A stretch of 64,000 bases of DNA from Candidatus Multivoradales bacterium (lineage in GTDB: Bacteria; Acidobacteriota; Thermoanaerobaculia; Multivoradales; JAHEKO01), in NCBI GenBank assembly GCA_965248055.1, contig CBDFIJ010000004.1, forward strand, positions 2,944,001-3,008,000. The letters run 5' to 3'. The notes below the pieces were generated by a model. That model ran no database searches and was not told where the DNA came from. It saw only the letters and a program-made list of their open reading frames with translations. Position numbers and translations under genes: made by a program. Shown here in pieces: positions 58,418 through 64,000 of this stretch (positions are counted from its first letter, which is position 1; each line of letters starts with the position of its first letter).

Positions 58418-59683
58418 ATGGGCGACATGATCAACTACATCGCTATTGCGATTCCGGTGTTTTTTGTCCTGATTGGTGTGGAGCTGTTGGTGGCGCGCCA
58501 TGAGCGCCAAGAAGTGGCCCGGCTGAATGACGCGATCGCCGATTTGTCAACCGGGGTGCTGCAGCAACTCAGCGGGTTGTTGACCAAGACGTTGACCTTC
58601 GCCGGGTATGCCGCGATCTATCAGTGGGGTCGGTTGTTTGAGATCAACGGCCAAGCCTGGCCGACCTGGGTACTGGGATTTTTGGCGGTCGATTTTTGCT
58701 ACTACTGGTTCCATCGGTTTAGCCACGAGTCGAACTTCGCTTGGGGTGCCCACGTGGTGCACCACCAAAGCGAGGAGTACAACCTGTCGGTGGCGCTACG
58801 CCAGGGTGCCTTGCAACCGTTTGTCTCGATGGTGTTTTACTGGCCATTGGCGTTGGTGGGCTTGCCGCCAGTGACGTTCCTGGCGTTGTCTTCGTTCAAC
58901 ACTCTGTACCAGTTTTGGATTCATACTAAGACCATGGGTCGACTGGGGTTCTTGGAGTGGTTTATGAACACTCCGTCGCATCACCGCGTGCATCACGGCT
59001 GTAACGCGCAGTACATAGACCGCAACCACGCCGGTACCTTGATCATCTGGGACCGGATGTTTGGCACCTTCGAGCCCGAGGGGGAAGAGGTGATCTACGG
59101 CGTTACGCGACCGCTCAAATCGTGGAACCCGATCGAGGCCAACCTGCACTACTTCCGTTATCTCTGGCGCTTAGCGGGTAGGGCGGGGAGCTGGAGAGAT
59201 AAATTCCTTGTTTGGGTGATGCCACCGGGTTGGCTACCAGCCGGGGTCGAGGAGGAAAAACCCAAGGACTCTCCACTCTATGGAGTCAAATACGACGCCA
59301 AAGCGCCACCGGGGCTGAATCGCTATGTGCTGGCGCACTTCGCCATCACCCTGCTGGTGACCTTTTGGATGCTGTGGAGTTACCGGTCTTGGCCCACGGT
59401 GCTGGCGCTGGCCGTCGGGCTCTGGGTGGTGTGGTCGTTGGTCAACTTTAGTGGTGTCTTTGAGGGAAACCGATGGCTGCCGGGCTCTGAAATCGCCCGT
59501 TTGGCTGCATTGATTCTTCTGGTCGCTATTGGCTGGGGCCAAGTGATGGCCGGAGTGGGCGTTGCTCTGGTGCTGGCGATGTTCTTAGCAGCAGTATCGG
59601 TCATCTGGCTCGGACGGTACCGAAGGCATTTTTCTGGGCTAAGCGGAGTGGGTCGGGTCGTACCGACCAGAAGGGGAGGATGA
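58418..59683 (+). CDS. Fatty acid hydroxylase / sterol desaturase family protein, alkylglycerol monooxygenase-like
   Basis: YYWFHRFSHE, HVVHHQSEEYNLSVALRQ, YQFWIHT, PSHHRVHH and WDRMFGTF, plus C-terminal TM extension. Confidence 0.88.
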   Translation: MGDMINYIAIAIPVFFVLIGVELLVARHERQEVARLNDAIADLSTGVLQQLSGLLTKTLTFAGYAAIYQWGRLFEINGQAWPTWVLGFLAVDFCYYWFHRFSHESNFAWGAHVVHHQSEEYNLSVALRQGALQPFVSMVFYWPLALVGLPPVTFLALSSFNTLYQFWIHTKTMGRLGFLEWFMNTPSHHRVHHGCNAQYIDRNHAGTLIIWDRMFGTFEPEGEEVIYGVTRPLKSWNPIEANLHYFRYLWRLAGRAGSWRDKFLVWVMPPGWLPAGVEEEKPKDSPLYGVKYDAKAPPGLNRYVLAHFAITLLVTFWMLWSYRSWPTVLALAVGLWVVWSLVNFSGVFEGNRWLPGSEIARLAALILLVAIGWGQVMAGVGVALVLAMFLAAVSVIWLGRYRRHFSGLSGVGRVVPTRRGG

Positions 59684-60342
59684 GGGACTTGATGTTAGCC
59701 ACCATACAGAAGATGTCAGGAATGTACCGTTTGGTTGGACTGCTTGCTGGGACGCTGGTTCTCGCCGGATGTGTGGCGGTTTGTCCGGATCAGAGAATTC
59801 AAGAACTTGTCTTGCTCGATGAAAGGTTGTGGAGGAGTTTGGACGCGATTGCGAAGTCAGGAGAAACCGAATCGAACGGAGATAAATCGCAAATAGCGCA
59901 GAGAAATCTCAGTGCTCTGACCGAAACCTGGGGTCGCTATGAGGAGGGGTTTCGACGTGAGTCCGAGGAATTCGCTGACGAAGTAGGTGCGAGAGTCGCG
60001 TTTTTGCATGTAGCCGTAGGAGGCAACTGGGTATATTTGCCGAGGCCCGGCGAGGAGATGCGGTTTCCTTCGGGAACAATGTCAGAGATGGAATTGGAAG
60101 AAGCGTTTGCATTGGTTCCTGCTGATTATTGGGATCACTTGAGGCGAGTCGTGGAGAGGGAGAATCCACCACCTGGCGAGGGGTCGCCTAGCAGTGACCT
60201 CTTGTTTCGCGACTTCCTTTACGGGTATGTCGCACATGGTGGCGGAATTCCGTGGTGGGGTCGCGCTCAGCGAATCACGTTGGAAGAGTTGAAGGGGATT
60301 TTGGAGTCTCGCTGTCAGCCGGCCTGGGCTTCATTTTTCTGA
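59680..60342 (+). CDS. Hypothetical lipoprotein
   Basis: GGGGAGG SD, ATGA overlap with the upstream gene, lipobox LAGC. Confidence 0.65.
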   Translation: MRDLMLATIQKMSGMYRLVGLLAGTLVLAGCVAVCPDQRIQELVLLDERLWRSLDAIAKSGETESNGDKSQIAQRNLSALTETWGRYEEGFRRESEEFADEVGARVAFLHVAVGGNWVYLPRPGEEMRFPSGTMSEMELEEAFALVPADYWDHLRRVVERENPPPGEGSPSSDLLFRDFLYGYVAHGGGIPWWGRAQRITLEELKGILESRCQPAWASFF

Positions 60343-60397
60343 GAAGCGTACAGGGAACTGAATTCAGCCCAAAAAACCGAAGATCGGCGCGTGCTCC

Positions 60398-63300
60398 TCA
60401 GCCGAACAACTTCAGCACCGCCAAAAACACGCTGACTCCATCATCAGGGCCAGCGACGGCTTTGCCGAGATCCAGGCGGATGATGGTGTTCCAAGGGCCG
60501 ACGAAGTTGCCTTGAATCCCGACGCCGCCCAGCAGTTCGTTGTCGAGGCCGGAGGCTTGGTCGGTAGCCCAAGCCGCATCTCCGCGCAGTTGCAGTTGGA
60601 TGATCTCTGCCAAGTCGAAGCCGTAGCCAAAGTGGATAGCGCTGGCCTCTTCAGCGCGCACTAGGCCGCTACGGTAGCCACGCACCCGAATATCGCTGAA
60701 GTAGCCGAAGTTGTATTTGGAGAAGCGATCGAGATCGGAGCCTCCGACATACTGCAGCTCGGAGTAGAACTTTTGGAATTTCGGCAAATGGAACGTCTTG
60801 CCAACCGTGAACTCGTAGGTCAAAAAACTGTCGGTATTGGCGTCGAAGGCGGCAACCTGATCGGCTGTGCCCCAAGCTTGCCAATCGGTTCGGTTATGGG
60901 CCGCTATACCGCTACTGAGGCGAAAGCCAGAGCGGTCGTAACGGGTGCGCAGCGCCAGTTGGTGCTCCAGATGGTCGGCGGGAAGGGTGAAGTCTGCTCC
61001 GGTGGCGTCTGCTCGGTCGAATCCCCGATTGGCAATACGGTAGTCCAGGACCGCGCGTCCTCGCTGGCCAAGGTCGTGCCCCAGTTCCAAAGACAAGCTG
61101 CCGGTCTGAGTGCGGATCTCTTCGCCGGGGATTTCGAGTCCGTTGCGGTAGAGCTCGTCGGATCCTTTGATGCCGAGCACAAAGAGGTCCGCGGCGGCAG
61201 TAAATTCGCTGCCCAGAAACGAGGGGTCCGACCAGTTCGCCAGGGCCAGAACTCCGGCGAAGAAGACGTTGACCTGTTGTCCGGAATCCCGGAAGTCGAA
61301 GTCGATCCAGTTGACTCCGCCCAGCGGCACCGGAAAGTCTAGACTCTCGTCATAGAACACTCCGCCGAGTGCGAAGAGGCGACTAGTATCAAACTCCTCC
61401 TGGACCACCCGTTCGCCGGTTTCTTCGTCCGGGATCAAGTAACGCATGCCTTGCTCAGTGTCGCGAACCATAGTGGCGTCGGAGGCCAAGGTGGTGGCAT
61501 AGCGTTGCTCAAACTCGACGCCGTTGATCGACAACTCAGAGAGTAGGGTTTCTTTTTCCACCAGTGTGTTGGCGTTGAGATAGTTGAAGACCTGCTGGGC
61601 GACGGTGCGCGTCGGCATGACAAAGGCCGCGTTGCCCCAGTCGGCGGGCGAACCTTGTGCGCTCAAAGGTGCAAAGAAGGCGGTCTCTTCATTGGAGATG
61701 ACATCACCCGAGAGCCCTAGTTGCAGTGCGCGGCTTTTCACCCGAAAAAAATTTTCCCGGTCGATCCAAACCGTACCGCGGTAGGGATTTTCGGTGTCAT
61801 CGACCACCCAAGGTTCGAACTCGACGACCCAACAATCCCGTCCCTGAACCTGTTCGGTGCCGCGTAGTCGATACTCGTATTCCTTGGTGAAATTGATCTC
61901 CAATGGCAGTGCAGCGGCTTTTTCTGGCTCCACCAAGGGGATTTCTGGGATCTTCTTGGAGCGCCAGCGCACACCGTTGATCAAGAACTCCTGCCATGCC
62001 CAGTCCCAGCCGTGCTCGCGACGAAAAAAGAAGTCGCCGGCGAATGTGGCCTCCAAAGATTCGTCGCCACCACCAAAGCGTAGATGGGTGGTATTGCGGG
62101 CACTGTAGTGATTGAGATTACGGCGTTGAGCGTCATCAAAAGCTTGCAGCCGCCGGAGGATTTCTGACACCGGTATCAGCCTTTCGGTGGTCACGGTCAG
62201 GGACTCTTCCAAACCTTCCAACCCTTCAGCTTCGGAAGCGGTGAGACGATCTAAGCGCAGTACCCATGGTTCGTTTGGACGTTCAATCGAAACCTCCAGG
62301 ACACGATCCGCATCGCGAGTGCCGAAGATCGATTGCACTTGGTCTGAGTCCGCTGAGATCCGCTGTGGGTCACGAACCATTGGGTCGGCGAAACGAAGAG
62401 TGAGTGGATCTGGGTGGCTGGCATCGGAGCCTGCGATTACCCTCAGAGACAAATCTTCGCCGCGGACAAAAGTCCACGCGGTCTCGTTTCCTAACGGCGT
62501 TGAGTAGGGGTCGAGAGAAATATCGCCGCCGAACTCGCGGGCCAAGAGTGCCAGGGGGGCAATCGAAGCGGTCTCTGCGGAGTCGGCGGAAAACATCGTC
62601 ACCGCCGCTCCGAGGGCGGCATCGCTGGCTGCGTGCGCCAACGCACTGGGCTGCTGATTGCTGCCGACCGTGGGATCTAGCTCTCTACTGTCGATGACCA
62701 CCGGAGTTCCAGGCATCAATGTGTTCAGGGCCTCAAGCGTCGCTGCCAAATTCGACGTAGGAACCACTGTAAGGCCGTCGATGTAGGGACCGGGGTCTTC
62801 GGCAAAAAACGCGGTGAGAAAACTTGTGGTGGATTCCAACGGACCCACGATCACCCGGACGTTCGAGTTGGCTCCGGTGATCGCTGCTGAAGCACGCTTG
62901 ATCAAGAACGCCAATTCGACCGGACTCACTAGGCCTGAAGACGGTATCCACGATACCTGGACATGACCGCGGTCGCCGAGACTGCCGCTCAGCGCAGCGA
63001 CTTTTTCGAGTGCAGCGTCGAGTTGGTTGACGTTGGCGGTGATTGGCGAGGGCGTGCGCAGGATCGCCTGTGGCCAGGCGACCGCCTGAGCGTTGCCCAG
63101 TTGTGACACTAGATCAGAGACATTCAGAGCTGTTTCGTCGATCGCGTCGACGTCAACCGGCCAAGAGACGTACAAGGTGCCCGATTCCGGGATTGGAGGT
63201 AATTGGGATAACGCGGTTGCGACGGAGTATGGATCTGCCGTTCGTACTCCGGCACAGGGACGGCATGGCGGAGACTGGGCACTCAGCGGACTGGCAGTTG

Positions 63301-63457
63301 AGACCAAAGCCAATGCCAATGCCAACGCCAGTGTTAGAGCCAGTGCCAAGGCCAGCGTGAACCCACCGGCCGTCGAGCGGCCCAGGGCAAGAGACTGGAT
63401 GAAGTAAGAGTAGGGGTTTAGGTTCGGACGCAGAGTGGTTCTTAAAGTGGGGCGCAT
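60398..63457 (-). CDS. Large exported protein: alpha/beta domain, LolA/MucB-like domain and C-terminal outer-membrane beta-barrel
   Basis: Signal peptide; YRLRGTEQVQGRDCWVVEFEP..GTVWIDRE; amphipathic strands ending VLKLFG. Confidence 0.7.
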   Translation of the reverse strand: MRPTLRTTLRPNLNPYSYFIQSLALGRSTAGGFTLALALALTLALALALALVSTASPLSAQSPPCRPCAGVRTADPYSVATALSQLPPIPESGTLYVSWPVDVDAIDETALNVSDLVSQLGNAQAVAWPQAILRTPSPITANVNQLDAALEKVAALSGSLGDRGHVQVSWIPSSGLVSPVELAFLIKRASAAITGANSNVRVIVGPLESTTSFLTAFFAEDPGPYIDGLTVVPTSNLAATLEALNTLMPGTPVVIDSRELDPTVGSNQQPSALAHAASDAALGAAVTMFSADSAETASIAPLALLAREFGGDISLDPYSTPLGNETAWTFVRGEDLSLRVIAGSDASHPDPLTLRFADPMVRDPQRISADSDQVQSIFGTRDADRVLEVSIERPNEPWVLRLDRLTASEAEGLEGLEESLTVTTERLIPVSEILRRLQAFDDAQRRNLNHYSARNTTHLRFGGGDESLEATFAGDFFFRREHGWDWAWQEFLINGVRWRSKKIPEIPLVEPEKAAALPLEINFTKEYEYRLRGTEQVQGRDCWVVEFEPWVVDDTENPYRGTVWIDRENFFRVKSRALQLGLSGDVISNEETAFFAPLSAQGSPADWGNAAFVMPTRTVAQQVFNYLNANTLVEKETLLSELSINGVEFEQRYATTLASDATMVRDTEQGMRYLIPDEETGERVVQEEFDTSRLFALGGVFYDESLDFPVPLGGVNWIDFDFRDSGQQVNVFFAGVLALANWSDPSFLGSEFTAAADLFVLGIKGSDELYRNGLEIPGEEIRTQTGSLSLELGHDLGQRGRAVLDYRIANRGFDRADATGADFTLPADHLEHQLALRTRYDRSGFRLSSGIAAHNRTDWQAWGTADQVAAFDANTDSFLTYEFTVGKTFHLPKFQKFYSELQYVGGSDLDRFSKYNFGYFSDIRVRGYRSGLVRAEEASAIHFGYGFDLAEIIQLQLRGDAAWATDQASGLDNELLGGVGIQGNFVGPWNTIIRLDLGKAVAGPDDGVSVFLAVLKLFG

Positions 63458-63531
63458 ATTGAGTCAGCAGGCTCCTGCAAGAGTTTCTAGTGAGGCGAGA
63501 CAGTTCTAGGGCTAGGCGTCGCCGCCGATGC

Positions 63532-64000
63532 TTAGGACTCGACGAGTCGGCCACGAAAACGGATGACAAGCACAATCACTGCCAAGCTGATCGCCAACAA
63601 GATCCAAGGTGGAACTCCGTACGAGGCTGGCAAGATACCGCCAAAAACTGCCAGCATGCCGACGCCTAGAGCGTAGGGAAGCTGGGTTCTGACATGGGCA
63701 ATGTGATCGCTACCTGTAGCCATGCTGGAGAGAATCGTGGTGTCGGAAATCGGCGAACAATGATCTCCCCAAACACTGCCTGCAAGGACCGACGCTACCG
63801 TGATCACCATGATCTGCGTGTGCTCAGCGGAACCGACCGCGAATCCAGCGGGAACTGCGAGTCCGTGCGCAAGGGGAACCGACAGCGGGGTCAAGATCGA
63901 CATCACTCCCCACGAAGTCCCGGTGGCAAATGCGACCACTGCGGCGAGGGCGAAAACCACGGTTGGCAGCAGGCGTGGTGAGAGCACGCCCTCGGTCAAG
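63532..64000 (-). CDS. NhaC family Na+/H+ antiporter (3' part; starts beyond the window)
   Basis: FATGTSWG, GDHCSPISDTTILSS and HVRTQLPYA. Confidence 0.9.
   Translation of the reverse strand, partial: LTEGVLSPRLLPTVVFALAAVVAFATGTSWGVMSILTPLSVPLAHGLAVPAGFAVGSAEHTQIMVITVASVLAGSVWGDHCSPISDTTILSSMATGSDHIAHVRTQLPYALGVGMLAVFGGILPASYGVPPWILLAISLAVIVLVIRFRGRLVES

Overview
A GC-rich bacterial chromosome segment from an LPS-making diderm. The gene content suggests Acidobacteriota (Thermoanaerobaculia-like), but this is inference. Most of the window is housekeeping: tRNA(CAT)-tilS-ftsH-folP-cdaA-cdaR-glmM-pdxJ, kdsB-pyrG-kdsA-kdsD-kdsC, purH-lolA-ispB, tatA/B-tatC, sodA, rpmG, recD2, uppP with an ECF sigma operon, and four tRNAs. 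Two accessory zones stand out. The first is a small islet at about 3.85-5.2 kb with two paralogous ~80-aa proteins and an SRAP remnant. The second is an 18-kb block bracketed by two 1252-bp IS481-family copies (38289-56371). The best candidate for an undescribed system is 48784-54986. It encodes a Cys-repeat surface protein with an IPTL-CTERM-like tail, a GT-C glycosyltransferase, and a protein with two exosortase-like domains fused to an atypical SAM-binding domain, translationally coupled to a SAM decarboxylase. Other notable signals: both IS copies sit exactly 5 bp upstream of a TTGAC -35 box and carry a structured leader; the only ATG that preserves the TilS N-terminus lies inside a tRNA(CAT) gene; and many genes look leaderless. 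All family calls come from motif recognition by eye; no searches were run.
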